Notes: generated by a model not told the origin, from the sequence alone. A DNA stretch of 64,000 bases from an uncultured delta proteobacterium (GCA_963761335.1 CAVXGR010000005.1:96001-160000); one strand, 5' to 3'. Positions 12,071-21,123 are shown, numbered from the stretch's first letter. Translations and numbers: made by a program.

Positions 12071-13249
12071 ATGGCTTACGCAGAAGGGCGAGCTTTTCAC
12101 GACGCCGATTCGCACGTGATGGAGACGCCGGACTGGCTGGTGCCCTACGCCGATGCCGATGTCCGCGCCGCGATGCAGCCGCTCTTCGTCGCCACGGTGA
12201 AGCCTGGGGAGGACACCTTTATCGACCAGCTACGCCGCCGCCACGGCGATCCCGCCGAGCGCCCGGGCCTCGAGTCGGAGATCATGCTGCGCAAGAACTG
12301 GAGCGCCCTCGGCTCGTTCATCCGCGAGGATCGCCCCCGCGCCCTCGACCTGCTCGGCTTTCGCAGCCAGCTGGTGTTCAACACCTTCATGAACAAGTAC
12401 CTGGTCGACAGCGAGCACCGGCAGGACCCGAGCTTCACCTACGGCCTCGCCCGGGCGCACAACCGCGCCATCACCGACTTCTGCCGCGTCGACCGCCGTC
12501 TCCTGCCGGTGGGCTACGTTCCTCTGGCCGACTTCGAGCGCGCCCGCGCCATGGCGGAGGAGGCGCTCGACATGGGCTGCAAGGCCCTCATGATTCCATC
12601 CGCCTGTCCGCCGGGGCACTCGCCGAGCCACACCGGGCTCTTTCCCGTGTGGGCCGTGGCCCAGGAGGCGGGCGTGCCGGTCGTCTTCCACGTCGGCGGT
12701 GGCGGCAGGCTCCTCGACCCGAGCTACTTCAACAACGGCCTGCCGATGGTCACCGACTTTCACGGCGGCGCCGAGAACTTCCGCTCCGTCGACTACATGG
12801 CCATTCCCTTTCCGCCGATGCAGACGCTGGCAACGATGATCTTCGATCGCGTGCTCGATCACTTCCCGCGTCTCAAGATCGGCGTCATCGAGCAGGGCGC
12901 CGCCTGGCTGCCGAGCTGGATGCGACAGATGGAGTCGGCCGTCGAGGCGTTCCGCAAGACGGAGGAACGGCTGCGCAAGCTGGAACTCCGCCCCAGCGAG
13001 TACGTGCGCCGGCAGATCCGCGTGACTCCGTACCCGACCGAGCCGGTGGGCTGGATCATCGAGCAGGCCGGCGAGGAGGTCTGCCTCTTCTCCTCCGACT
13101 GGCCCCACGTCGAGGGCGGCCGCAATCCGATCAAGCGCTTCGAGGCCACCCTCGAGGGCATCGGCGAGCCGGCGAAGCAGCGATTCTACTGCGACAACTT
13201 CGTGGACCTGATGGGTTCGGCGCTGCAGGGCGGCGGCGGAGAGAGATAA
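12071..13249 (+). CDS. Amidohydrolase family protein (Amidohydro_2)
   Basis: DADSH metal motif, FHVG and FSSDWPH. Confidence 0.88.
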   Translation: MAYAEGRAFHDADSHVMETPDWLVPYADADVRAAMQPLFVATVKPGEDTFIDQLRRRHGDPAERPGLESEIMLRKNWSALGSFIREDRPRALDLLGFRSQLVFNTFMNKYLVDSEHRQDPSFTYGLARAHNRAITDFCRVDRRLLPVGYVPLADFERARAMAEEALDMGCKALMIPSACPPGHSPSHTGLFPVWAVAQEAGVPVVFHVGGGGRLLDPSYFNNGLPMVTDFHGGAENFRSVDYMAIPFPPMQTLATMIFDRVLDHFPRLKIGVIEQGAAWLPSWMRQMESAVEAFRKTEERLRKLELRPSEYVRRQIRVTPYPTEPVGWIIEQAGEEVCLFSSDWPHVEGGRNPIKRFEATLEGIGEPAKQRFYCDNFVDLMGSALQGGGGER

Positions 13250-13371
13250 ACGCAAAGGCGCGAAGGCGCGAAGACGGGCTGCCGGAAGGTGGCGGCGGTG
13301 CTGGTCTGCATGGCCGCGGATGAGCATCCGACCCGTGCCGCCATGCCGCGACGTCTTTGCGCCTTCGCGTT
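13249..13371 (+). repeat. Solo copy of GxxExxY-associated ~130-bp hairpin element (family 1)
   Basis: aacgcaaaggcgcgaaggcgcgaagacgggctgccg...ccatgccgcgacgtctttgcgccttcgcgtt aligns by eye to the copies at 18214-19095. Confidence 0.85.
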
Positions 13372-13410
13372 CCTGTCCGGGGTACGCAGAGGCCCACGCC
13401 TCGCGCCAAC

Positions 13411-14901
13411 TCAGCCGCGCTTAACCGCCGCGGCCACGGCGTCCCGTCCCTTCGCCTTGGCGCCGAAGAGCGCCTGATCGGCGGCGCCGAGGAGCTGTGT
13501 CATGTCGTCGGCGTCCTCCGGAAAGGCGGCGACCCCGAAGCTGGCGCTGAGGCGCACGGTATGACCTTCGCCGGCGAGGAAGATGCGGGCGCGGATTCGG
13601 CTCTGGATGTCCTTCGCCAGATCCACGGCCTCCGCCTTGTCGCACCCGGGCAGGACGACGACGAACTCGTCGCCGGCATAGGCGACGGCGAAGGAGGGCG
13701 CCACCAGGATCTCCTGGATGACCTGCGCCACCTCCTGGATCACCCGGCTGCCGTTCAGGTGACCGTAGGTGTCGACGATGTGCTTGAAGCGGTCGAGGTC
13801 GAGAAAGATCACCGAGCAGACCGCACCCGGAACGGCGAGCAGCGCGCCGAGCTCCTGGTAGAGATAGCGGGTGTTGAAGAGCCCGGTGAGATTGTCGTGC
13901 ACGGAGAGGTGGCGGTAGCGCTCCTCGCTCTTGCGCAGGGCCTCCTCCGCCTGCTTGCGCTCGGTGATGTCGATCAGCGCCGTGACGATGCGCGCCGGAC
14001 CGGTCTCGGTGGAAGGCACGACGGTCGTGCGCGCCAGCACGTTGCGCTGGCGACCGGCGAGCGTGCGGATGACGCCCTCGCGCTGCTCCGAGACGACGCC
14101 GCCGGTGGCCAGATCGGCGATGACGCTGCGAACCATGCCGGCGAAGGCGGCGGGGTCGGCGACGTACGGGAAGGCATCGAGATCGTGCGGCGTCTGCGTC
14201 TCGAACAGCTCCATGGCGGCGGCGTTCATGTCGCTCACCCGTACCATGTCCAGGCAGGTGCGGAACTCTTCCGGATGCCGGCGCAGGTGATCCTCGAAAT
14301 CAGTGATGCCGTTGCGCTGCAGCGACTCGAGATGGTCCTTCAAGGCCGTGGCGTCGCGCTCGACCAAGGCGATCGGCGTCGACTGGAAGAGCACGCGGTA
14401 GCGCCGCTCGCTGTCGCGCAGCGCCTCGAGGGCGTGCTTGCGCGCCGTGCTGTCGATGCCGATGGAGAGCAGCTCGCGGCCTCTGCCGGAGGCGTCGCGC
14501 AGGACCCGGTTGCGCCAGGTGATCCACGCGCGCTCGCCGCCGCGGCGGATGTTCTCGTTCTCGTTGTCGACGTAGCGGTCGGGATGCTGCAGCAGCTCGG
14601 CGATCATCTGCACCAGGTCGCGCCCGGAGCTCTCGGTTTCCGGAACGATGGTGCCGATCACCGATTTGCCGAGCAGCTCGTCGGCGGAGAACCCGAAGAA
14701 CTGGAGCCCGAAGTCGTTGAGGAAGAGAACGCGCCCCTCGAGGTCCCAACGCAGCACGATGGTGTTGGCGCTCTGCACCACCTCACGGTAGCTGATCTCG
14801 TCGGCGCCCTGCGGCGCCCTGTCGGGGCTCACGGCGCCATTCAAACTACGGCTGCCCGCGTCGATCAAGGGAAAAGCGCCGCGGCTTCGGAGGGCGGCCA
14901 T
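13411..14901 (-). CDS. PAS-PAS-GGDEF diguanylate cyclase (AGDEF variant)
   Basis: Two PAS/PAC-like blocks, HDNLTGLFN, DLDRFKHIVDTYGH and YAGDEF; alternative start GTG 14832. Confidence 0.9.
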   Translation of the reverse strand: MAALRSRGAFPLIDAGSRSLNGAVSPDRAPQGADEISYREVVQSANTIVLRWDLEGRVLFLNDFGLQFFGFSADELLGKSVIGTIVPETESSGRDLVQMIAELLQHPDRYVDNENENIRRGGERAWITWRNRVLRDASGRGRELLSIGIDSTARKHALEALRDSERRYRVLFQSTPIALVERDATALKDHLESLQRNGITDFEDHLRRHPEEFRTCLDMVRVSDMNAAAMELFETQTPHDLDAFPYVADPAAFAGMVRSVIADLATGGVVSEQREGVIRTLAGRQRNVLARTTVVPSTETGPARIVTALIDITERKQAEEALRKSEERYRHLSVHDNLTGLFNTRYLYQELGALLAVPGAVCSVIFLDLDRFKHIVDTYGHLNGSRVIQEVAQVIQEILVAPSFAVAYAGDEFVVVLPGCDKAEAVDLAKDIQSRIRARIFLAGEGHTVRLSASFGVAAFPEDADDMTQLLGAADQALFGAKAKGRDAVAAAVKRG

Positions 14902-14949
14902 TCTGGCCGCCGGCCGTCGGCCCGGTTCGGCGTGCGTCCCCCGCGTCGT

Positions 14950-15828
14950 CTACTCGGTCGCCACCGTCCACATCCATCCGATGGCCAGGGTGACGAAGAA
15001 CAAGGTGCTCATCGTCAGCACCACGGCGCCGCCGCTCGGTACCATGAAGCGACTGGAGAGCAACAGGCCGCCGATGCCCGCGATGAGGGCCGCCGCGATG
15101 CTCAGGCTCAGGTAGGCGCGCGTGGTGCGTGCCAGGTTCCGCGCCGCCGCCGCCGGCACGACGACCATCGCTTCGATGAGGAGGGCGCCGATCACCTTGA
15201 GGCTCACGACGATTGCCGCCGTCAGCAGTACGACAAAGAGATAGTCGATGAGGCTCGAGCGAACCCCGGTGACCTGGGCGACCGCCGGATCGAGGCTGTC
15301 GAGCAGCAAGCCGTTGTAGATCAGGGCCAAGAGCATCCCGATCGCGATGCCGATACACAGAAGCAGAAGCAGGTCGAAGTCGGTCACCGTGAGAAGGCTG
15401 CCGAACATGATCGCCTCGACCTGGTGGATGTTGAAGCGCTTGGTGACGGCGACCAGCAGGCAGATGCCGAGACCCAGGGTCATGGAGAGAAAGACACCCA
15501 CCAGGGTGTCCGTTGGCAATGATGCGTGGCGCTTGACGTAGACCATCGCCAGCGCGGAGAGGAAGCAGAAGCCGAAGATACCCCCATAGGCGCCGTTGAG
15601 AGGCTCGCCGAGCAGGAGCCCGATGGTGAGGCCGGTCAGCGCCGCCTGACCGAGCGCGGCGGAGAAGAAAGACAGGCGCCGGGCCACCACCAGATGGCTC
15701 ATGCCGCCGAGCAGGGGCGCGATCAGCAACACCGCCAGGAAGCCGCGTATGAAGAAGGTGTACTGAAAGACGTCGGGGAGCGTGCCGCGCGCCGCCAGGG
15801 ACGCGACCCACGCGTAGAAGGCGGTCAT
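14950..15828 (-). CDS. Metal ABC transporter permease (FpvE/ZnuB-like)
   Basis: Multi-TM; VIGALLIEAMVVVPAAAAR is ABC-3-like; operon context. Confidence 0.88.
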   Translation of the reverse strand: MTAFYAWVASLAARGTLPDVFQYTFFIRGFLAVLLIAPLLGGMSHLVVARRLSFFSAALGQAALTGLTIGLLLGEPLNGAYGGIFGFCFLSALAMVYVKRHASLPTDTLVGVFLSMTLGLGICLLVAVTKRFNIHQVEAIMFGSLLTVTDFDLLLLLCIGIAIGMLLALIYNGLLLDSLDPAVAQVTGVRSSLIDYLFVVLLTAAIVVSLKVIGALLIEAMVVVPAAAARNLARTTRAYLSLSIAAALIAGIGGLLLSSRFMVPSGGAVVLTMSTLFFVTLAIGWMWTVATE

Positions 15829-16538
15829 CGCAGGGTTCCGGCGCCGGCGACCAGCGAAGCCGCGAGATCGTCGGCGAGAATCTCTGCCGGCGGGCCGGTG
15901 CCGCGCACCTCGCGGTTGAGCAGGGTCACGTAATCGGCGACCCGCCGGACGTGCGCCAGGTCGTGCGAGACCATGAGGATGCTGGTCCCGGTGGACGCCC
16001 GGAGGCCGAGCAGGATGTCCTCGAACTGCTGCAGGGCGCTCTCGTCGAGTCCGCTCTCGGGCTCGTCGAGCAGAAGCAGCTCCGGAATGGGATCGAGGGC
16101 ATTGGCCAGCAGGACTCGCTGCAGCTCGCCGCCCGAGAGCGCTCCGAGCGGTCGTTTGTCGAAGCCCGCCAGGCCGACCCGTTCCAGCAATCCGCCCAGC
16201 CGCGAGCGGGCCCCGCGGGAAACACCAAAGCAGATCGGCCGGCGCTGGCGCGGCAGGGCGAGAAACTCACCGACGGTCAGCGGCAAGGTGCGATCGACGG
16301 TGAAGAATTGAGGCATGTAGCCGATGCGCCCCGAGTGCTGCCAGTGGAAGCGGATGGTGCCGGTGAACTCGATCAGTCCGAGCACGGCGGAAAGGAGGGT
16401 GCTCTTGCCCGCTCCATTCGGCCCGACGAGCAGATGGATCATGCCCGGCGCGATGTCGAGAGAAACCTTCGAGACCAGTGCCCGCCGATTCCGGGAGATG
16501 GTGAGATTGCGAATCTCCAATACCGGCGGATTCTGCAC
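15825..16538 (-). CDS. Metal ABC transporter ATP-binding protein (FpvD/ZnuC-like)
   Basis: GPNGAGKS, LSGGELQR and LLLDEP. Confidence 0.93.
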   Translation of the reverse strand: MQNPPVLEIRNLTISRNRRALVSKVSLDIAPGMIHLLVGPNGAGKSTLLSAVLGLIEFTGTIRFHWQHSGRIGYMPQFFTVDRTLPLTVGEFLALPRQRRPICFGVSRGARSRLGGLLERVGLAGFDKRPLGALSGGELQRVLLANALDPIPELLLLDEPESGLDESALQQFEDILLGLRASTGTSILMVSHDLAHVRRVADYVTLLNREVRGTGPPAEILADDLAASLVAGAGTLR

Positions 16539-16541
16539 AGC

Positions 16542-17453
16542 TCACTTCTCCGGATCGGTGACCAGGGCCTTCACGATCGAATCGACGTTCTTCTGCATCT
16601 CGGTTTCGAACTTCTCCGGGGTGAAGGCGCCGGAGGCGATGTGGCTGATGATGTAGACCTTGGCGTGGCCGTCGTCGCGAAGCACGCGCAGCAGAGGCTC
16701 GGGAAAGCTCGCCTCGCTGAAGATGACCTGGATGTGCTCGCGTTTCAGCAGATCCACCATCTCGCCCAGCTCTTTGGCAGACGGGATGAGGCCGTGCGCC
16801 GGCTGCACGACGCCGGCGATCTCGATGCCGAGCTCCTGCATCAGGTAGACGTAGCCGTCGTGGACGGTGACCACGCGCTTGATGCGGGCGTCCGCGAGCC
16901 GTTTCTCTGCGTCGCTCTTCATGGCGCGCAGGCGGCGCGCGTAGTCGGCGGCGTTGCGTTGGAAGACCGGCGCCAGCTCGGGGCGCATCTCGCCCAGCGC
17001 CTTGGCGATCGCGTAGGTCTGGATGATGGCATTGGAGAACGAGATGAACGTGTGCGAGTTCACCATGTTGCCATGGGCCGACTTGATCAGCGGAACGCCG
17101 TCGTTCGGCTTGATGATGCGAATCTTCGAGTTCCCCGAGGCGCGGATCATATCGAAGATGAAGTCGTCGTGGCCGATGCCGTTGACGACGATCGCGTCGA
17201 GGTCGGTGAGCTTCTGGATGTCCTGCGGGCGCGGTTGGTAATCGCCTGCATCGACCTCCCCCGGAAGGATCGGTCTCACCTCCACGTCGGTGCCGCGGAC
17301 GATGTTTGCCGTCCAGGAGTAATAGGGGTGCAGAGTGATTCCCACCTTGAGCGGCGGCTTGTCGCTCGCCGGCCCGGCGGCGGCAGCCGGCGGCGCTCCC
17401 TCCAATGCGGAGGCAGTCAGGGCAATGAGGATCACGCGAAGGATCGCCTTCAT
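16542..17453 (-). CDS. Metal ABC substrate-binding protein (FpvC-like, cluster A-I)
   Basis: Signal peptide, VGITLHPYYSW, NGIGHDDF, NSHTF and VHDGY; GAGGAG RBS. Confidence 0.9.
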   Translation of the reverse strand: MKAILRVILIALTASALEGAPPAAAAGPASDKPPLKVGITLHPYYSWTANIVRGTDVEVRPILPGEVDAGDYQPRPQDIQKLTDLDAIVVNGIGHDDFIFDMIRASGNSKIRIIKPNDGVPLIKSAHGNMVNSHTFISFSNAIIQTYAIAKALGEMRPELAPVFQRNAADYARRLRAMKSDAEKRLADARIKRVVTVHDGYVYLMQELGIEIAGVVQPAHGLIPSAKELGEMVDLLKREHIQVIFSEASFPEPLLRVLRDDGHAKVYIISHIASGAFTPEKFETEMQKNVDSIVKALVTDPEK

Positions 17454-18109
17454 GATTTCATCTCCTCGAAGAGCGTCTTCACGCGAATCTGCATCCATCC
17501 CGACTTGGACGGGTCGAGGGCGACCTCGGGGCTCGGGTGCGGAGGAGCGTGTTCCCAGTAGGTTACGTGCAACAGGCGCCCGTCCGGCATGAGCTGGTGC
17601 TCTTCGTCCACCAGGGACGGGTCGGCCTTCTCTCCGTTCTGTGGGTCCGGCTCGAGGATCATGATCATGAACGCTGGTGCCGAGACGTCGGCCGAGGGGA
17701 TGCCGACGTACTCGTACAGCAGGCGGTCGCGCTGCAGGGTCCACTGCGTGTCCGCTTTGTCGAGCACGTCTGGCGCAAAGGGTGGGATGCCTTGCTTCTC
17801 CAGTGCGGCGACGGACGGCCAATCACCGCGCGAGGGTCCGGTGGCGAGCATCTCGACGACGCCCTCCTGCATCTCGCGAAACATCCGCTGCTCGCCGGCC
17901 GGCAGGTCGCGGAACAGCACCTGAAAGGGGAGGACGCCCGTCGAGGCTGGCGAGCCTGCGAGCCGCCCCGGGCCAAACCGTTCGAAGGCAATGATGTAGA
18001 TGACGCAGAGAACGATGAACACGCTCGCCAAGACCACCCATGCCTCCTCGTCGCGCGCCGACGGCGGCAGGACCTCGACAACACGGGTCGCCGGTCGAGG
18101 TGGGAACAA
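17450..18109 (-). CDS. DUF6162 / FpvK-like membrane-anchored protein
   Basis: N-terminal TM, then DLPAGEQRMF...WPSVAALEKQGIPPFA, which resembles DUF6162 as recalled; ATGA overlap with the SBP. TTG start is a guess. Confidence 0.6.
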   Translation of the reverse strand: MFPPRPATRVVEVLPPSARDEEAWVVLASVFIVLCVIYIIAFERFGPGRLAGSPASTGVLPFQVLFRDLPAGEQRMFREMQEGVVEMLATGPSRGDWPSVAALEKQGIPPFAPDVLDKADTQWTLQRDRLLYEYVGIPSADVSAPAFMIMILEPDPQNGEKADPSLVDEEHQLMPDGRLLHVTYWEHAPPHPSPEVALDPSKSGWMQIRVKTLFEEMKS

Positions 18110-18156
18110 GAGTGATGGCCAGCGCCCCCTTTTTTCTGCGCCTGGGGAAGACAATT

Positions 18157-18170
18157 TGCGACATGTAGCA
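18157..18170. promoter_or_regulatory. Putative metal-regulator operator (Fur/Zur/Mur-like palindrome)
   Basis: TGCGACATGTAGCA is a near-perfect 14-bp palindrome about 50 nt upstream of the metal ABC operon. Confidence 0.35.
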
Positions 18171-18213
18171 TGTGCTCCGTTGAATTCGAAGAAGCCGCGG
18201 TTTGCCCGTCGGA

Positions 18214-18344
18214 AACGCCAAGGCGCAAAGACGCAAAGACGGGCTGCTGAGAGGCGGTGGCCGTACCCGGCGCCATCGCCGCGGCCGAGACTCCGAGCCT
18301 TGCAGCCATGCCGCGGCGTCTTTGCGTCTTCGCGCCTTTGCGTT
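18214..18344 (+). repeat. Family 1 hairpin element upstream of GxxExxY
   Basis: 28-bp imperfect terminal inverted repeats built of 8-nt CGC(A/C/G)AAG(A/G) units. Confidence 0.92.
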
Positions 18345-18392
18345 TTCTCTGTGGGGTACGGACGCGAAAGCTCAAACACTGGAGGCAATTTC

Positions 18393-18773
18393 ATGGACGA
18401 AAACGAACTGAGCTTCATCGTCGTCGATGCCGCGGTCGAGGTCCATCGAGATCTCGGCGGGCCGGGCCTGCTGGAGAGCGTGTATGAGGAGGCGCTTGCC
18501 TGGGAGCTGGACGCGCGAGGTGTGCCGGTGCAACGGCAGAAGCTCGTACGAGTTCGGTACAAAGGCCGCCAGCTCGCCACGCCTCTTCGTGTCGACCTCG
18601 TGGTCGGCGAACGGCTACTCGTCGAGTGCAAGGCCGCCTCGCAGACCCACCGGATCTTCAAGGCCCAGCTTCTGACCTATCTCCGGGCAACCGGGATTCG
18701 CTTGGGCCTGCTGATCAACTTCGGCGAGCGGCTGGTTCGCGACGGCATCCATCGGGTCGTGAACGGGTTGTAA
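18393..18773 (+). CDS. GxxExxY protein (PD-(D/E)xK nuclease-like)
   Basis: 126 aa; GLLESVY motif, RVDLVV...VECKA, AQLLTYL and LLINFG; GGAGG RBS. Confidence 0.95.
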   Translation: MDENELSFIVVDAAVEVHRDLGGPGLLESVYEEALAWELDARGVPVQRQKLVRVRYKGRQLATPLRVDLVVGERLLVECKAASQTHRIFKAQLLTYLRATGIRLGLLINFGERLVRDGIHRVVNGL

Positions 18774-18777
18774 AAAG

Positions 18778-18908
18778 AACGCGGAGGCGCAAAGACGCAA
18801 AGCCGGGCTGCCGAAAGGCGGCGGCAGTGCTCGTCGCCATCGCGGCGGCCGAGACTCCGAGCCTTGCAGCGATGCCGCGGCGTCTTTGCGTCTTCGCGCC
18901 TTTGCGTT
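18778..18908 (+). repeat. Family 1 hairpin element, first downstream copy
   Basis: Closely similar to 18214-18344; starts 4 nt after the GxxExxY stop. Confidence 0.92.
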
Positions 18909-18925
18909 CCTCTGTGGGGTGCGGA

Positions 18926-18961
18926 CGCGACGGCATCCATCGGGTCGTGAATGGGCTGTAG
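18926..18961 (+). pseudogene. 3' remnant (12 codons incl. stop) of a second GxxExxY gene
   Basis: cgcgacggcatccatcgggtcgtgaatgggctgtag duplicates 18738-18773 with 3 differences. Confidence 0.85.
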
Positions 18962-18965
18962 GAAG

Positions 18966-19095
18966 AACGCAGAGACGCCAAGGCGCAAAGACGGGCTGCC
19001 GACAGGCGGCGGCAGTGCCCGTCGCCATCGCGGCGGCCGAGACTCCGAGGCTTGCAGCGTGCCGCGGCGTCTTGGCGTCTTCGCGCCTTTGCGTT
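18966..19095 (+). repeat. Family 1 hairpin element, second downstream copy
   Basis: 188-nt period relative to the 18778 copy. Confidence 0.92.
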
Positions 19096-19157
19096 CCTCC
19101 GTACGGCTTGCACGGCTCCCGGACTCAGCTATGCAGGGAATGCGGGAGGATGACATC

Positions 19158-20120
19158 ATGCGCGACACATCGAAGTTCGGTTCCCAAACCATCACCGACG
19201 AGGTCCTCGAGGGCATCGATCTCACCGGCAAGCGGGTGCTGATCACCGGTGGATCGAGTGGGCTCGGCGAGGAGACGGCGCGGGCCCTGGCGTCGAAAGG
19301 CGCGCACGTCGTGATCACCGCGCGCGACCTGGCGAAGGGGCGCGCCGCGGCGAAGCAGATACGCGAGTCGACGGGCACGGCGGAGGTCGAGGTCGAGGAG
19401 CTCGAGCTCGCCTCTCTGGCGAGCATTCGCGCCTTCGCCGATCGCTTCCTGGCGCGGCACGCGGAGCTGGACGTTCTGGTCGACAATGCCGGTGTCATGG
19501 CCTGCCCGTTTGCGAAGACGGCCGACGGCTTCGAGATGCAGTTCGGCACCAACCACCTGGGGCACTTCTTGATGACCTGCCTCCTCGTGCCGGCGCTGCG
19601 CCGCGCGGCGCCGAGCCGCATCGTCTGCGTCAGCTCGCGCGGGCATCACCTGTCGCCGGTCGACTTCGACGACCCGAGCTTCGAGCGCAGGCCGTACGAC
19701 AAGTGGGTTTCCTATGGCCAGTCGAAGACCGCCAACGTGCTCTTCGCCGTGGGGCTCGAGCGCCGGCTCGGCGGCGCGGGGATACACGCCAACGCCCTGC
19801 ACCCCGGGGCGATCATCACCGAGCTGGGCCGGCATCTGCAGCCCGAGGACGTCCAGTTCCTGCAGTCGCGCGCCCCCGCCGGCGGGCAGCTGCAGTTCAA
19901 GTCGGTGCAGGCGGGTGCGGCCACCTCGGTGTTCGCCGCGACCGCGCCGGAGCTCGAAGGGCGGGGCGGTCTCTATCTCGAGGACTGCCACGTCGCCGAG
20001 GTGAACGACGCCGCCAATGCCCTCGACGGGGTGAAGTCCTACGCCATCGATCCGGATAACGCCGAAAAGCTGTGGGCGCTGTCGGAGAAGCTCGTCGGCG
20101 GGCGCTTCTCCTGGACGTGA
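19158..20120 (+). CDS. SDR oxidoreductase (retinol dehydrogenase/WWOX-like)
   Basis: TGGSSGLG, QFGTNHLGHF and YGQSK; GGAGGA RBS. Confidence 0.92.
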   Translation: MRDTSKFGSQTITDEVLEGIDLTGKRVLITGGSSGLGEETARALASKGAHVVITARDLAKGRAAAKQIRESTGTAEVEVEELELASLASIRAFADRFLARHAELDVLVDNAGVMACPFAKTADGFEMQFGTNHLGHFLMTCLLVPALRRAAPSRIVCVSSRGHHLSPVDFDDPSFERRPYDKWVSYGQSKTANVLFAVGLERRLGGAGIHANALHPGAIITELGRHLQPEDVQFLQSRAPAGGQLQFKSVQAGAATSVFAATAPELEGRGGLYLEDCHVAEVNDAANALDGVKSYAIDPDNAEKLWALSEKLVGGRFSWT

Positions 20121-20259
20121 CCGCCGCGCATGGCAAAGCACCTGTTGACTTGGTTTAATCGGAGCGTTTTCACTCATCGGCATCGAGTTCTGAGGAAGCA
20201 CCTGGGTGGCGCCCGCTGAGCCGCTCCGGACGACGGCAGAGGCTCCCGAGGGGCAGAGG

Positions 20260-21048
20260 ATGGACGAAAAAAGTCACGTGCAGCGCATCCGCGAGCAGTT
20301 CACGCGGCAGGCCGATGCCTACGCGGAGAACGAGCAGGCGAAGGATGACGCGGCTCACCGCTCTCTGGTGCGACTCTGCGGCGCCGGGCCCGATGATTCG
20401 GTCCTCGATGTGGCCTGCGGACCCGGCTACCTGACGCTCGCCTTCGCGGAGCGCTGCGCACGGGCTAGCGGCCTGGACGCGACGCCGGCCCTCCTCGATC
20501 GCGCCCGCCACCTGGCCAGGGCGCGCGGTGTGACCAACGCCCACTTCGAGTTCGGCGATGCGACGGCACTGCCCTTCGGCGACCAGAGCTTCGACGTGGT
20601 GGCGTGTCGGGCCGCCCTCCATCACTTTCCGGAGCCGCTGGCGGTGCTGCGCGAGATGCGCCGGGTGGTGCGAGCCGATGGCCGGCTGCTGGTCGCCGAT
20701 CTGTTGACCTCCGATGATGCCGCCAAGGCGGCGTACCACCACCGCATCGAGCAGCTCTGCGATCCGACCCACGTGCGGGCACTGACGGCGGAGCAGCTCA
20801 TCGGGCTATTTGCTGATGCCGGACTTGTCGTCGATGTCGACCTGCGGACCACTCTCGACTACGAGCTCGAAGAGTGGATGGCGCACGGCGGTCCCGATGC
20901 GGCCGCGGCCGCAGAGATCCGCGCCCTCTTCGAAGCTTGCCTCGCAGAGGATCTCGCCGGGCTGAAGGTGCGGCGCGAGGAGGGGCGCATCAAGTTCAGT
21001 CATCAAGCCTGCATCGCAGTGGCGAGGCGCCTTTCGCAGGTGGAGTAG
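20260..21048 (+). CDS. Class I SAM-dependent methyltransferase
   Basis: VLDVACGPG, GDATALPF and SFDVV. Confidence 0.9.
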   Translation: MDEKSHVQRIREQFTRQADAYAENEQAKDDAAHRSLVRLCGAGPDDSVLDVACGPGYLTLAFAERCARASGLDATPALLDRARHLARARGVTNAHFEFGDATALPFGDQSFDVVACRAALHHFPEPLAVLREMRRVVRADGRLLVADLLTSDDAAKAAYHHRIEQLCDPTHVRALTAEQLIGLFADAGLVVDVDLRTTLDYELEEWMAHGGPDAAAAAEIRALFEACLAEDLAGLKVRREEGRIKFSHQACIAVARRLSQVE

Positions 21049-21123
21049 GGGCGTCAGGCCTTGCGGAGAATTGCCATTCAGCCATGAGCGATTCACGGAG
21101 CGGCCCCAGGATCGGTGCGGAGA

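Noticed and set aside
18214..19095. CRISPR array or integron attC cassette interpretation of the family 1 repeats
   Set aside because: Units are ~130 bp with conserved interiors and no unique spacers; I saw no cas or integrase gene and no RYYYAAC/GTTRRRY ends.
17665..19242. Several short overlapping ORFs with repeated RLCVFAPLR / TQRREDAK peptides
   Set aside because: They are translations of the family 1 repeats, which lack stops in some frames.
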